NCBI GenBank assembly: GCA_965213575.1
Contig: CBDBZN010000006.1
Coordinates: 106,297 to 170,296, forward strand
Direction of reading: 5' to 3'
DNA: 64,000 bases
DNA from: Chitinophagales bacterium
GTDB lineage: Bacteria > Bacteroidota > Bacteroidia > Chitinophagales > JAUHXS01
The notes below the pieces were generated by a model, which saw only the letters and a list, made by a program, of their open reading frames with translations, was not told the origin of the DNA and did not search any database. The position numbers were made by a program, and so were the translations under genes. Position 1 is the first letter of the stretch. The number at the start of each line of letters is the position of its first letter. This document shows, in pieces, positions 29,580-39,789 of this stretch.

Positions 29580-29852
29580 ATGAACAAAGGAGAATTAGTC
29601 AATCAAATTTCTGATGATGCAGGAATCAGCAAAGCTCAAGCAACAAAAGCTTTAGATTCATTTATTGATAGCACTGTAAAAACAGTAAAAAAAGGTGATA
29701 AAGTTACTTTAGTAGGATTTGGTACTTTTTCTGCAGCTAACAGAGCAGCTAGAAAAGGTAGAAACCCACAAACTGGTAAAGAAATCAATATCCCTGCTAA
29801 GAATGTGGTAAAATTCAAAGTTGGAAAAGATTTTGCTAGCAAAGTAAAATAA
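29580..29852 (+). CDS. hup: DNA-binding protein HU
   Basis: MNKGELV...VTLVGFGTF...RAARKGRNPQTG..I.IPAK. Confidence 0.97.
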   Translation: MNKGELVNQISDDAGISKAQATKALDSFIDSTVKTVKKGDKVTLVGFGTFSAANRAARKGRNPQTGKEINIPAKNVVKFKVGKDFASKVK

Positions 29853-29872
29853 TTATTTCTTTCTGATTTTTT

Positions 29873-29903
29873 AAAGAGGTTGTCCTAAAGGCAGCCTCTT
29901 TTT
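29873..29903 (+). terminator. Intrinsic terminator between HU and pdxH, probably bidirectional
   Basis: AAAGAGGTTGTC-CTAAA-GGCAGCCTCTTTTT. Confidence 0.8.
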
Positions 29904-29935
29904 ATTACCATATTATTAAGGTTCGGTTAATCTAC

Positions 29936-30580
29936 TCATGGGCTTAACCTGTTCCATTTCCATTTACCTTCTGAGATTAATTTATACTCAATCCGGTCAT
30001 GCAACCTATTCGACCTACCTTGCCAAAACTCAATAAATTTAGGTTTAATACTATACCCTCCCCAAGTTTGAGGCCTTAAAATTTTTGATTCATCCAATTC
30101 ATGTTCTAATTCTTTTCTTTTCTCTTCCAAATATGCACGATTGGGAATAATTTCACTTTGATTAGAAACGATTGCACTTATTCGGCTTCCTTTTGGCCTA
30201 CTATTAAAGTATTCTTCTGATGTTTTTTCTGATACTTTATTTGCTGCTCCCTCAATCCTTATCTGCCGCTCTAAAGCCGGCCAAAAAAAATTTAAAGCTA
30301 CTTGAGGATTATTCGCAATCTGCTTCCCTTTCGTACTATTGTAATCAGTGAAAAACACAAAACCATTTGGACTGTATTCTTTTAGTAAAACAACGCGAGA
30401 AGACGGCCTTCCCTGCCGGTCAACGGTAGAAAGTACCATTGCATTCGGATCATCAACGATTTTTTTATCTGCTTCTTGATACCATTGATTAAATAACTGA
30501 AATGGATCATCCATAATAGTTGAATCACTTAATTCATAGCTATTATAATCTTTTCTTTTATTGCTTAAGTCATGTGTCAT
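29936..30580 (-). CDS. pdxH: Pyridoxamine 5'-phosphate oxidase
   Basis: PSSRVVLLK, YFNSRP.GS, EFWQGRSNRLHDR. Confidence 0.96.
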   Translation of the reverse strand: MTHDLSNKRKDYNSYELSDSTIMDDPFQLFNQWYQEADKKIVDDPNAMVLSTVDRQGRPSSRVVLLKEYSPNGFVFFTDYNSTKGKQIANNPQVALNFFWPALERQIRIEGAANKVSEKTSEEYFNSRPKGSRISAIVSNQSEIIPNRAYLEEKRKELEHELDESKILRPQTWGGYSIKPKFIEFWQGRSNRLHDRIEYKLISEGKWKWNRLSP

Positions 30581-30637
30581 TTTGCTAAATTAGTATTATC
30601 AAAATTAATTCTAATTCGTTTAACTATAAATTAATCC

Positions 30638-30964
30638 ATGACTATTAAGCAAGCTCAAGAGATAGTGGATAATTGGATTAAGAAGAATGGCGTGCGATAC
30701 TTTAATGAATTGACAAATATGGCTATGCTGACAGAAGAAGTGGGGGAAGTAGCCAGAATTATTGCTAGAAAATATGGAGAACAATCTTTTAAGGTATCAG
30801 ATAAAGAAAAAGACCTTTCAGATGAATTGGCTGATGTATTGTTTGTTTTGATTTGTCTTGCAAACCAGACCGGCACTGACCTCACTAAGGCATTAGAAAA
30901 AAATTTACTTAAAAAGACGTTAAGAGATAAAAATCGCCATAAGCATAATGATAAGCTGAAATAA
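30638..30964 (+). CDS. MazG-like nucleotide pyrophosphohydrolase
   Basis: LTEEVGEVAR...ELADVLFVLICLANQ. Confidence 0.92.
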   Translation: MTIKQAQEIVDNWIKKNGVRYFNELTNMAMLTEEVGEVARIIARKYGEQSFKVSDKEKDLSDELADVLFVLICLANQTGTDLTKALEKNLLKKTLRDKNRHKHNDKLK

Positions 30965-31098
30965 ATTGCAGTCATACTCATTTTTATTTATAGAGCTTAA
31001 TAAAGCCGCGTGTTTTAAAAACTTCTTTAATTATTTGAAATATTATTTTCATCTGATTGTAGAATAGTATAATTTTGTCCGGGTTAATTTTATAGCAA

Positions 31099-31266
31099 AT
31101 GGGAGAAGAAAGAATACTGGAAGAAGAAAGAGCATTGATAGAAAATAAAGAATCGCCTGATAAAATATCTGGCTATTCTGATGTCACATTTATTTCCCAT
31201 CATACAAGAGTAGAAAATGCCAATAATTTACAACAGCTGATTTTAGAATTAAATAATATATTTTAA
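31099..31266 (+). CDS. Possible 55-aa acidic small protein
   Basis: MGEERILEEERALIENKES...; TAATTTTG (-7 consensus) at 31070-31077; fills intergenic gap. Confidence 0.35.
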   Translation: MGEERILEEERALIENKESPDKISGYSDVTFISHHTRVENANNLQQLILELNNIF

Positions 31267-31270
31267 ATAC

Positions 31271-31768
31271 CTATTCAAGGCGAATAAGCACTTGATTTTT
31301 TTCTACGGCATTTCCTTGGCTAACTTCAATACTTTTTACCACTCCATCTCCGGATGCTTTAAGCGCATTTTCCATTTTCATTGCTTCTAAAACCATCACA
31401 ACATCTCCTTTTTTGATTTCATCACCGGCTTGCACATTAATAGACAATACTAATCCAGGCATCGGTGCTTTAATATCTTGAATTTTACTAGTGCCAATAT
31501 TTTCCATGCCCAGTTTTTTTAACAAAATATCAAACTTGTCCTTCACTATCACCTCATATACATTGCCATTAACTTTAATCGTAAATTTTTTCTCTGCATG
31601 ATCAGCATTAAGCACTTGGCAGCGATAAGATGAATTTTCTCTAATAAGGTGAAATTGTCCTTTATTGACTTCAATTATATCCCAATCAACATTTTTTTTG
31701 TCATTGATAATATGATTGTCTGGATCTATTTTGAAGGTATATTTATCATTTACTTTAATGTCGAGCAT
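31271..31768 (-). CDS. Biotin carboxyl carrier protein
   Basis: KAPMPG...LEAMKMEN. Confidence 0.93.
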   Translation of the reverse strand: MLDIKVNDKYTFKIDPDNHIINDKKNVDWDIIEVNKGQFHLIRENSSYRCQVLNADHAEKKFTIKVNGNVYEVIVKDKFDILLKKLGMENIGTSKIQDIKAPMPGLVLSINVQAGDEIKKGDVVMVLEAMKMENALKASGDGVVKSIEVSQGNAVEKNQVLIRLE

Positions 31769-31838
31769 TCGATAATATGATTTTATAATTTAACTTTGTA
31801 TTAAAGTTAAGTATTTTTAATTAGCCCCACCTTGTAAG

Positions 31839-34454
31839 ATGAGTAAAAAATATAGCGGCCTTGTATTAATAGCAGCAATAGCATTTTCCGGATGTTCTAT
31901 ATTTAAAAAATCAGAAGAAAGTGAGTATACACTGGACCTGCCAGATGTAACCGTTAATGCAGATAAAGGTAATTATAAAGCGAGCAGAAAAAGATTAAAT
32001 GACTTGTTGCACACTCAATTAGCAGTAAGCTTCGATTGGGAAAATTCACATTTACTAGGACAAGCAACCCTTACTTTTAAACCTTATTTCCATCCTGTAA
32101 ATTCTCTAGAATTAGATGCACAAGGCTTTGAAATCAAATCGGTAGCATTAGTTTTAAATGATTCTTTAAAAGAAGAGCTTAATTATAAATATGATGAGGC
32201 TGTTTTAAAGATCGATTTGGAAAGAACATTTACAAGAGACACGACTTATACGGTCTTTATTGATTATATCGCTAAGCCTGATGAGCTTGCCTCAGGTGGC
32301 GGGGCAGCCATTAGGTCAGAGAAAGGCTTATATTTTATCAATCCGAAAGGCGAAAGGCCGGGGAAGCCAACTCAAATATGGACGCAAGGCGAGCCTCAAG
32401 CATCATCCCGTTGGTTTCCAACCATTGATGCTCCCAATGAAAAAACGACTCAAGAAATATATATTACCGTTGATGAAAAATATGTCACGCTTTCCAATGG
32501 AGATTTAATTTATTCTTCTTACAATCAAGATGGCACAAGAACTGATTATTGGAAGCAGAAGTTACCTCATGCTCCATATTTGTTTATGATGGCGATCGGA
32601 GAGTTTGCAGTAGTAAATGACTCTTGGGAAGGCCTGCAAGTAGATTATTATGTAGAGCCTGAATATGAGGCTTATGCGAAGGATATTTTTGGTGCTACAC
32701 CGGAAATGATGACTTATTTTTCTGATCAACTTGGTGTAAAGTTTCCTTGGCAAAAGTATGCTCAAGTAGTGGTGAGAGATTATGTTTCCGGAGCTATGGA
32801 AAACACCTCAGCCGTGATACATGGTGATTTTTTGCATAAAACTAAACGAGAACTGATTGATAGTGATAATGAAGGTATCATTGCTCATGAGCTTTTTCAC
32901 CATTGGTTTGGAGATTTAGTAACAGCGGAATCGTGGTCTAACTTAATGATCAATGAGTCCTTTGCTACTTATGGGGAATATTTGTGGGAAAATTATAAAC
33001 ATGGTAAAGAGGCAGGTGATTGGATAATTTATAAAAAGTTAAAAGAATACTTGCGGGAGGCAGAATACAAGCAAGAGCCGATAGTACAATATTATTATAA
33101 TGATCCAATTGATTTATTTGACCGACACCGATATAGTAAAGGTGGTGTAGTGCTGCACATGCTCAACGATTACTTAGGTGATGATGCATTTTTTGCTTCT
33201 CTAGAATATTTCCTTAAAGAAAATGCTTATAAAAGTGTAGAGGCAGAACAGCTAAGATTAGCTTTTGAAGAAGTAACGGGCGAAGATTTACATTGGTTTT
33301 TTAATCAGTGGCTTTTCACTGCCGGGCATCCTCAGCTTAAAATTTCTTATGATCATGAGCCAAATATTGTTAAAGTTAATATAAACCAAGTACAAAAAAC
33401 TCCTTTTAAGTTTCCCCTTGCAATAGATGTATATGAAAATGATTCTACCGTTACTCGTCATAATGTATGGGTAAAAAATAAAGAAGAAGTATTTACTTTT
33501 AATGTCAAAGAAAAACCTAAGTTGGTCAATGTAGATGCTAAAAAGATATTATTGGCCGACAAAGAAGATAAAAAATCTGATGAAGAATATATTTATCAAT
33601 ATTATCATGCTCCTTTATTAGTTGACCGTTATGAATCAATAACCCATATTTCAAACAAAAAAAACCCATCAGAAGAAGGGAAAAGCCTTTTACAAGCTGC
33701 ATTAAGCGACTCTTTTTATGTCATGAGAATTCTTGCTATTAGGAATACAGATCTTACATATGAAAATAATGATTCATTGATCGCAATGCTGGCTCGTACT
33801 GATCCTGTCTCTTCTGTTCGCTCTGAAGCTATTGATAAATTATCGCAAAGTGATAGTAGTATGCAATTTATGACACTTTATGAAAATGCTATTCAAGACA
33901 GCTCTTATTGGGTAAATGCATCTGCTTTAGATGCTATTTATAAACTTGATCCTGAGAAAGCCCTTGCTTACGCTAATCAGTACGAAAATGAAACCAATAC
34001 CAATATTCAATACCTGCTTACTACCGTTTATGCACAAGAGGGCAAATCAGAAAGTTTACGATATTTTAAATCTTTATTTGCTGAAGTGGATAATGATAGG
34101 CAATTATCCAGATACATTTCTAATTATATTAATTATTTAAAGTTAGCTAATGACAGTATTTATTTTAGTGGCATTGATGACCTCAAATCCATTGCTAAAA
34201 ATGCGGAATCCCTTTCCTTAAAAAATGAAACTACTAAATCTCTCAGTTCACTTGTAAAAGATTTGCATTATGATAAAAAGTCTATGAAACAAGAATTAAA
34301 AAAGAGCAAAAAAGATCCGGAAAAACTTCCGAAAATGGAAAAACGGTTGGAGACAGTAGATAAAAAAATTTCCAAAGCTGAAGAAATACAAGAATATATT
34401 AATGATTTAAACAAAGAGGACGAAGAGAAAGAAGAAGAAAATAAAAGCAATTAA
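31839..34454 (+). CDS. M1 family aminopeptidase (lipoprotein) with HEAT-like C-terminus
   Basis: GAMEN, HELFHHWFG...NESFA zinc motif; lipobox FSGC. Confidence 0.93.
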   Translation: MSKKYSGLVLIAAIAFSGCSIFKKSEESEYTLDLPDVTVNADKGNYKASRKRLNDLLHTQLAVSFDWENSHLLGQATLTFKPYFHPVNSLELDAQGFEIKSVALVLNDSLKEELNYKYDEAVLKIDLERTFTRDTTYTVFIDYIAKPDELASGGGAAIRSEKGLYFINPKGERPGKPTQIWTQGEPQASSRWFPTIDAPNEKTTQEIYITVDEKYVTLSNGDLIYSSYNQDGTRTDYWKQKLPHAPYLFMMAIGEFAVVNDSWEGLQVDYYVEPEYEAYAKDIFGATPEMMTYFSDQLGVKFPWQKYAQVVVRDYVSGAMENTSAVIHGDFLHKTKRELIDSDNEGIIAHELFHHWFGDLVTAESWSNLMINESFATYGEYLWENYKHGKEAGDWIIYKKLKEYLREAEYKQEPIVQYYYNDPIDLFDRHRYSKGGVVLHMLNDYLGDDAFFASLEYFLKENAYKSVEAEQLRLAFEEVTGEDLHWFFNQWLFTAGHPQLKISYDHEPNIVKVNINQVQKTPFKFPLAIDVYENDSTVTRHNVWVKNKEEVFTFNVKEKPKLVNVDAKKILLADKEDKKSDEEYIYQYYHAPLLVDRYESITHISNKKNPSEEGKSLLQAALSDSFYVMRILAIRNTDLTYENNDSLIAMLARTDPVSSVRSEAIDKLSQSDSSMQFMTLYENAIQDSSYWVNASALDAIYKLDPEKALAYANQYENETNTNIQYLLTTVYAQEGKSESLRYFKSLFAEVDNDRQLSRYISNYINYLKLANDSIYFSGIDDLKSIAKNAESLSLKNETTKSLSSLVKDLHYDKKSMKQELKKSKKDPEKLPKMEKRLETVDKKISKAEEIQEYINDLNKEDEEKEEENKSN

Positions 34455-34493
34455 TTATTTAAATAATTTTACTTTACTTGTAAACCTAATAAC

Positions 34494-34931
34494 ATGTCAG
34501 GATTAAAAATTGCGATTGCCGGTGACCATGCAGGATATCAGTATAAAGAAATGCTTAAAAAAGTACTTACGGAAAAAGGATATTTAGTAGAAGATTTTGG
34601 GCCACATGTAGAAGAGTCGGTAGATTATCCTGATTATGTACACCCTACTGTAGAATCTATTGAAAATAAAGAGAACGAATTCGGTATTTTGATCTGTGGC
34701 AGTGGTAATGGGGTTGCAATGACGGCTAATAAACATAGATTGATCCGAGCTGCATTATGTTGGGATGTGCCTTTAGCAGCGTTAGCCCGCCACCATAATA
34801 ATGCTAATGTATTGTGCATACCTTCTCGATTTGTATCCGAAGAAACAGCTGTTCATATGGCTGAAAAATTTCTTTCCTCCGAATTTGAAGGAGGAAGGCA
34901 TAGTAGAAGAGTAGAAAAAATTATTGGGTAG
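34494..34931 (+). CDS. rpiB: Ribose-5-phosphate isomerase B
   Basis: DHAG, DYPD, CGSGNG, HNNANVL, FEGGRH.RR. Confidence 0.95.
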   Translation: MSGLKIAIAGDHAGYQYKEMLKKVLTEKGYLVEDFGPHVEESVDYPDYVHPTVESIENKENEFGILICGSGNGVAMTANKHRLIRAALCWDVPLAALARHHNNANVLCIPSRFVSEETAVHMAEKFLSSEFEGGRHSRRVEKIIG

Positions 34932-34941
34932 CTCCGCAGCA

Positions 34942-34988
34942 TTTTAGCATGAAAATCCACAATAATAATGTGGATTTTCATGCTAAAA
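34942..34988. terminator. Perfect 20-bp inverted repeat between convergent genes
   Basis: TTTTAGCATGAAAATCCACA-ATAATAA-TGTGGATTTTCATGCTAAAA. Confidence 0.7.
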
Positions 34989-35064
34989 AGTATATGGAGA
35001 AAATATAATAAAAGTTAAAGCTGATTTTTATACAATATATCAGTAGTTGTAATATCGGTTAAAA

Positions 35065-35403
35065 TCAAGATATCGGATCCAACTCCACTATCGGATCCCA
35101 GAAATGTTTTTCAAAAGACTGAACCTGATCATCCATCACGATAATACCTTCGTTTTCCAACAATTGCTGCATTAAGTTAAGACTACCGAAATGTTGCTTT
35201 CCGGTAAGCAATCCATTTCTGTTTACTACTCTGTGAGCGGGGATATCTATATTATAACTATGGCAGTTATTCATTGCCCATCCCACGACTCTGGCAGATT
35301 TTCCGGTGCCTAAATATTTTGCGATCGCTCCATATGAAGTAACTTTTCCTTCAGGGATCTGTTTGACTACTTCGTATACTTTTTCAAAGAAATCTTTTTC
35401 CAT
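35065..35403 (-). CDS. Alkyltransferase-like (MGMT family) protein
   Basis: IPEGKVTSYG.IA...ARVVG; PAHRV replaces catalytic PCHRV. Confidence 0.9.
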   Translation of the reverse strand: MEKDFFEKVYEVVKQIPEGKVTSYGAIAKYLGTGKSARVVGWAMNNCHSYNIDIPAHRVVNRNGLLTGKQHFGSLNLMQQLLENEGIIVMDDQVQSFEKHFWDPIVELDPIS

Positions 35404-35410
35404 TATCTTC

Positions 35411-36913
35411 CTATAGAACTTTTAATCTTTTACTTCTACTTTTCCATTCTACAGCTAGTACTATTAACAGATATGAAATAAATAATGCACTATTAAATAA
35501 ATACAATACATATCCTTCCCTAATAAACTGAAATGGGATGATGATGCTAAAAATATATATCCCTACTGCTAACACAATATAGAACAGGCCGGTTTTGACC
35601 CTGTAAGGTATCTTATAGTATTTTCTGCTGAGTAAATAAGATGCTATTAACATCATACCATAACATATTAGAGTAGCCCACGCTGATCCCAAATAACCGA
35701 TTCGAGGAATCCAAAATATATTTAAAACAATTGTTATAATAGCCCCGAAAATAGCAATGTATGCTCCGTACCTAGTATTGTCTGTCAGTTTATACCAAAT
35801 AGATAAGTTATAGTACAATCCAAGAAATAAATTAGCTAATAATATAATGGGTACAATGTCTAATCCTACCCAGTATGCCTTATCTATAAAGTATTTAAAA
35901 AAGTCAATATATAGCATGACCATTAAAAAGATCATACAACCAATGATCACGAAATAATCCATTACTCGAGCATATACCAACTGTGCATTTTTTTCTTTAG
36001 CATAGCTGAAAAAAAAAGGTTCCGCTGCAAAACGAAAAGCTTGAATGAACAAAGTCATCAATAAAGCGAGCTTATAACATGCTCCATAAATCCCTACATA
36101 ATACATATTAGTTTGAAGTGAATAAGGCAGAAGATATTTTAATAAAACCTTATCTGCAGTTTCATTGATAACATATGCTAAGCCTACTATAAGCAATGGA
36201 GAAGCGTATTTGATCATGTTTTTCCAAAGGTTAAGATCAAACCACTTACCCTTGATCTTTTTTAAAGAAGATAATAACAGCAGAAAAGTTACTGCGCTGG
36301 CAATCATATTAGCAAGAAAAACATATCCTACACCAATGGCAGGGTCATATATTTTATTAATTAACCAATGTAACTGTGGCAGTAGTTCGTTCTCTAATAA
36401 ATATGGGCACAGTACCAATGTTGTTAATGCTATACCGATATTTAAAAAGATACCGGTTAACTTTAATATGGCAAAGCGAAGTGGCTTATCATGTGCCCGC
36501 AATCGAGCGAAAAGAATACTGGCAACGGCATCGGTAGCTAATACTATTCCAAACCATCTAATATATTCCGCATTATCAGGGTATTTAAGCCAAGAAGCTA
36601 TGGCATCAGCTTGTAATAAAATAAATATCAGAAATATAAATGAGGTTACTGAAAGCGAGCTGAACACTGTTCTAAAAACATGCTCTTTATCCTCTTGAAT
36701 GTTAATGAATCTAAAGTACGCAGTTTCTAGCCCATAAGTAAGTAGCACGATCATAAAAGCTACGTAGGAATAAAACTCAGTAACTACTCCATAAATTTCA
36801 GGAGCAAAAATAGCCGTATATATCGGTACTAGAAGATAGTTAACAAGTCTGCCTATTATGCTACTTAAGCCATAAATAGCTGTTTGTCCTGCAAGTTTAC
36901 GAATTGGCCGCAA
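35411..36913 (-). CDS. Polysaccharide flippase (Wzx/MOP family)
   Basis: LAGQTAIYGLSSI; multiple TM helices; FRFAAEPFFF. Confidence 0.88.
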   Translation of the reverse strand: MRPIRKLAGQTAIYGLSSIIGRLVNYLLVPIYTAIFAPEIYGVVTEFYSYVAFMIVLLTYGLETAYFRFINIQEDKEHVFRTVFSSLSVTSFIFLIFILLQADAIASWLKYPDNAEYIRWFGIVLATDAVASILFARLRAHDKPLRFAILKLTGIFLNIGIALTTLVLCPYLLENELLPQLHWLINKIYDPAIGVGYVFLANMIASAVTFLLLLSSLKKIKGKWFDLNLWKNMIKYASPLLIVGLAYVINETADKVLLKYLLPYSLQTNMYYVGIYGACYKLALLMTLFIQAFRFAAEPFFFSYAKEKNAQLVYARVMDYFVIIGCMIFLMVMLYIDFFKYFIDKAYWVGLDIVPIILLANLFLGLYYNLSIWYKLTDNTRYGAYIAIFGAIITIVLNIFWIPRIGYLGSAWATLICYGMMLIASYLLSRKYYKIPYRVKTGLFYIVLAVGIYIFSIIIPFQFIREGYVLYLFNSALFISYLLIVLAVEWKSRSKRLKVL

Positions 36914-36916
36914 TTT

Positions 36917-38287
36917 TTATTTTGCTTGTTTAACTTTTATAGTAGTGAATCCACTCATCCAACAATCAATTTGGTAAGTTAATCCCTTTTTATATCCCAT
37001 ATCTGTGACCTCTTTTTCTGTAGGGAGTAAAGGTTGTAAATCTTTCATCTTTTTATTAACTACATTATGTAACTCAGGTTGCCTTCTTAAAGCCTCAGTG
37101 TATTGGTCAATGGCTAAAAAATACATAGCATTCCCTCCAAATATAGTATCTTGATCACACAGCGCATTTTGCGACACATATACATCACCTAATAATACAT
37201 ATGGCAAGCCCCAATCGATATTTTCTCTTCCTGCTTTTTCTGCATGTGTTATTGATAAATTTATATCAGGCTGTTTATTAAAATATATATTTGCCATATC
37301 ATAATAGTATAAAGCTTTCTTTTTATGATCAGTCTCTAATTCAACCGATTTTTGTAAGTACCTAAGTGCATCATCATAGTTTTCATTCGATTTATGATGT
37401 AAACTAAGATTATATGCTATCTCAGCTGATGGTTCATGTTCAAGTAATTTTATCGCCACTTCTTCAAAAACATCTTGGCTAATACAGCTGTCATCTCTCA
37501 ATCCTTCGTAGTAATATCGTTGCAAATGTACATCATCGGCATACAGATCAAATGCAGGTTGAAAAATAGTTATTACATCTTCACACGAATCAATGAGAGC
37601 TTGTTTATAAGCTAACGCTACCAGTTCATCTCGCACAGTTTTATATTCTTCTTTGTAAATACTCGGATTGACTTGTTTATATGCCACTACTTCATTCACT
37701 TTTGATAAAGAACCTAAAAAATCTTCTTTAGAGGCTTTCTTTAGCTTATTTTGGATGAGGTATGATTTTGAATATACCGGCAATACCTTTTGATGAGTCA
37801 TATTGCCTTCTAATTCTACAGATTCCTTTGCTGTTGCGAAAAGCTCATCATAATACTTAGCATCAAGCCGTAAATTAAATAAGTCAACTGCTTTTAAACC
37901 TAATACCTTTCCACGTTCTCCAAAATATATTATACGTTGATCATAAATCATAAAAAGCGTATCTAAATATTTCTGTTTTAAAGAACCATCTGTTTCTTTA
38001 TCGATTTTATATTTTAATATATCCGGGCCTTCGAGGTAAATTCTTTTATCAACTTTTGGAGCATTTACAAAAAGCCACGACCAACGTGGATATGCCTCGT
38101 CCATATTTTTATTGAAAGAATAAAATTCATTATACAGGCGAAATTTATTTTTCGCCAATTCAGGCCGATTGCCCCATTTACTTTCTTCTGTCTGACTCTT
38201 TAAAGTAAATGTAACTAAAACAAGGAGGTAAATGAAAACTACTTTTTTAAATATCATATAGTTAACTTTAAAACTTCTACTAATCAT
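36917..38287 (-). CDS. Exported TPR-containing protein
   Basis: Signal peptide (start possibly 38257), helical TPR-like repeats. Confidence 0.75.
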   Translation of the reverse strand: MISRSFKVNYMIFKKVVFIYLLVLVTFTLKSQTEESKWGNRPELAKNKFRLYNEFYSFNKNMDEAYPRWSWLFVNAPKVDKRIYLEGPDILKYKIDKETDGSLKQKYLDTLFMIYDQRIIYFGERGKVLGLKAVDLFNLRLDAKYYDELFATAKESVELEGNMTHQKVLPVYSKSYLIQNKLKKASKEDFLGSLSKVNEVVAYKQVNPSIYKEEYKTVRDELVALAYKQALIDSCEDVITIFQPAFDLYADDVHLQRYYYEGLRDDSCISQDVFEEVAIKLLEHEPSAEIAYNLSLHHKSNENYDDALRYLQKSVELETDHKKKALYYYDMANIYFNKQPDINLSITHAEKAGRENIDWGLPYVLLGDVYVSQNALCDQDTIFGGNAMYFLAIDQYTEALRRQPELHNVVNKKMKDLQPLLPTEKEVTDMGYKKGLTYQIDCWMSGFTTIKVKQAK

Positions 38288-38292
38288 AAATC

Positions 38293-38904
38293 ATGAGGAA
38301 GTATCTATTAACAATAATAACTATTATTTTTCTTTTTATAGTGCTCTATTTTTGTAGAGAACGTATTCTTACTGTAATAGGCGACTATCTAATTTATGAA
38401 AATGAGTTGGAAGAAGTGGATGCACTTTTTGTGTTAGGCGGAGGTTCACTCCATAGGGGTGATGCTGCGGTGGATTTGTATATGGATGGCTTTGTAAAAA
38501 AAGTTTACTGCTCTAGTGGAAACTACTCTGCCGAGTTACTGGCTCTAGGTATGGAATATTATGAAAGTGAAGTATGCCGCATTAATGTTATTAGGAATGG
38601 CATACCTGATTCAAATGCATTTGCTATTAAAGCTGCCACCAGTACTTTTGAAGAAGCAGACACTATCCTAGGCCTTTGTAAGGCTCAGAATATTCGGTCT
38701 TGCATTGTATTATCTTCTAAATTTCATACTCGTAGGGTTAAAAAAGTTTTTAAAAAAAGATTTGAAGAGGCAGGGATTAAAACTATTATCAGAGGCGCAC
38801 CCAGCTTAACATATGATGAAGATAATTGGTGGAAAGATGAAATGGGACTGATTATGGTTAATAATGAATATGTAAAATTGATTTATTATTTCTTGAAGTA
38901 TTGA
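38293..38904 (+). CDS. YdcF/DUF218 family protein
   Basis: DALFVLGGG..R, STFEEA, SSKFHTRR. Confidence 0.88.
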   Translation: MRKYLLTIITIIFLFIVLYFCRERILTVIGDYLIYENELEEVDALFVLGGGSLHRGDAAVDLYMDGFVKKVYCSSGNYSAELLALGMEYYESEVCRINVIRNGIPDSNAFAIKAATSTFEEADTILGLCKAQNIRSCIVLSSKFHTRRVKKVFKKRFEEAGIKTIIRGAPSLTYDEDNWWKDEMGLIMVNNEYVKLIYYFLKY

Positions 38905-38964
38905 TATTAGCTTAACTTTATGCAAACCTCATAATTATTAAAATAATCTAAGACAACATTATTA

Positions 38965-39789
38965 ATGGAAGGATTTCGCCCGGGAGGTTATAGTTTATTG
39001 CCTGTAGCTGTCAAAAACCTATTGATCGTTAATGCATTATTTTTTGTTGCTACCATTGTGTTTGCCAGCTCATTTGGCAGTGATTTAACACAAAAATTGG
39101 GCCTATTCTATGTAGGTTCAGAGTATTTTAAACCGTATCAATTCATATCTCATTTATTCATGCATGGAAGCTTTATGCATATTTTTTCTAATATGTTTGC
39201 TTTATGGATGTTTGGCAGCGTATTAGAAAACATGTGGGGTCCGAAGCGGTTTTTGATTTATTATTTGATCACAGGGTTAGGAGCAGCGGTTCTTCATTCA
39301 TTAATTTTAGCTTGGGATATGCATAATCTTCAAGAAGCGGCAAATATGTTCCTTAATGCTTCTACCGTTGAAAACTTTAAAATTTTTATAAATGATGAGG
39401 TTACCGAGCCTTTCCTTAAAGCATTTAATGACTTGGCAATACAATGGGAAACAAATTCTGCCAGTAACAGCCTTCAAAATCAAGCTGAAGGATATGTGAA
39501 TGAACTAGTTCAACTCAAGGAAAATATCCCGACTGTTGGAGCATCCGGAGCAGTATTTGGCGTTTTACTAGCCTTTGGTATGCTTTTCCCGAATACTAAG
39601 ATCTACTTATATTTTTTATTACCCATCAAAGCTAAATATTTTGTGATATTATATGGCTTATTTGAATTATTTGCCGGCATTAGAAATAGTGCGGGTGATA
39701 ATGTTGCTCACTGGGCACATTTAGGCGGTATGATTTTTGGATATTTTTTAATAAAATATTGGAATACCAAACGAAACAAGTTTTATTAA
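38965..39789 (+). CDS. Rhomboid intramembrane serine protease
   Basis: FMHG...HI..NM, GASGA, AHWAHLGG. Confidence 0.95.
   Translation: MEGFRPGGYSLLPVAVKNLLIVNALFFVATIVFASSFGSDLTQKLGLFYVGSEYFKPYQFISHLFMHGSFMHIFSNMFALWMFGSVLENMWGPKRFLIYYLITGLGAAVLHSLILAWDMHNLQEAANMFLNASTVENFKIFINDEVTEPFLKAFNDLAIQWETNSASNSLQNQAEGYVNELVQLKENIPTVGASGAVFGVLLAFGMLFPNTKIYLYFLLPIKAKYFVILYGLFELFAGIRNSAGDNVAHWAHLGGMIFGYFLIKYWNTKRNKFY

Noticed and set aside
35065-35403. MGMT homologue lacking catalytic Cys
   Set aside because: Matches the known alkyltransferase-like subfamily; not a pseudogene
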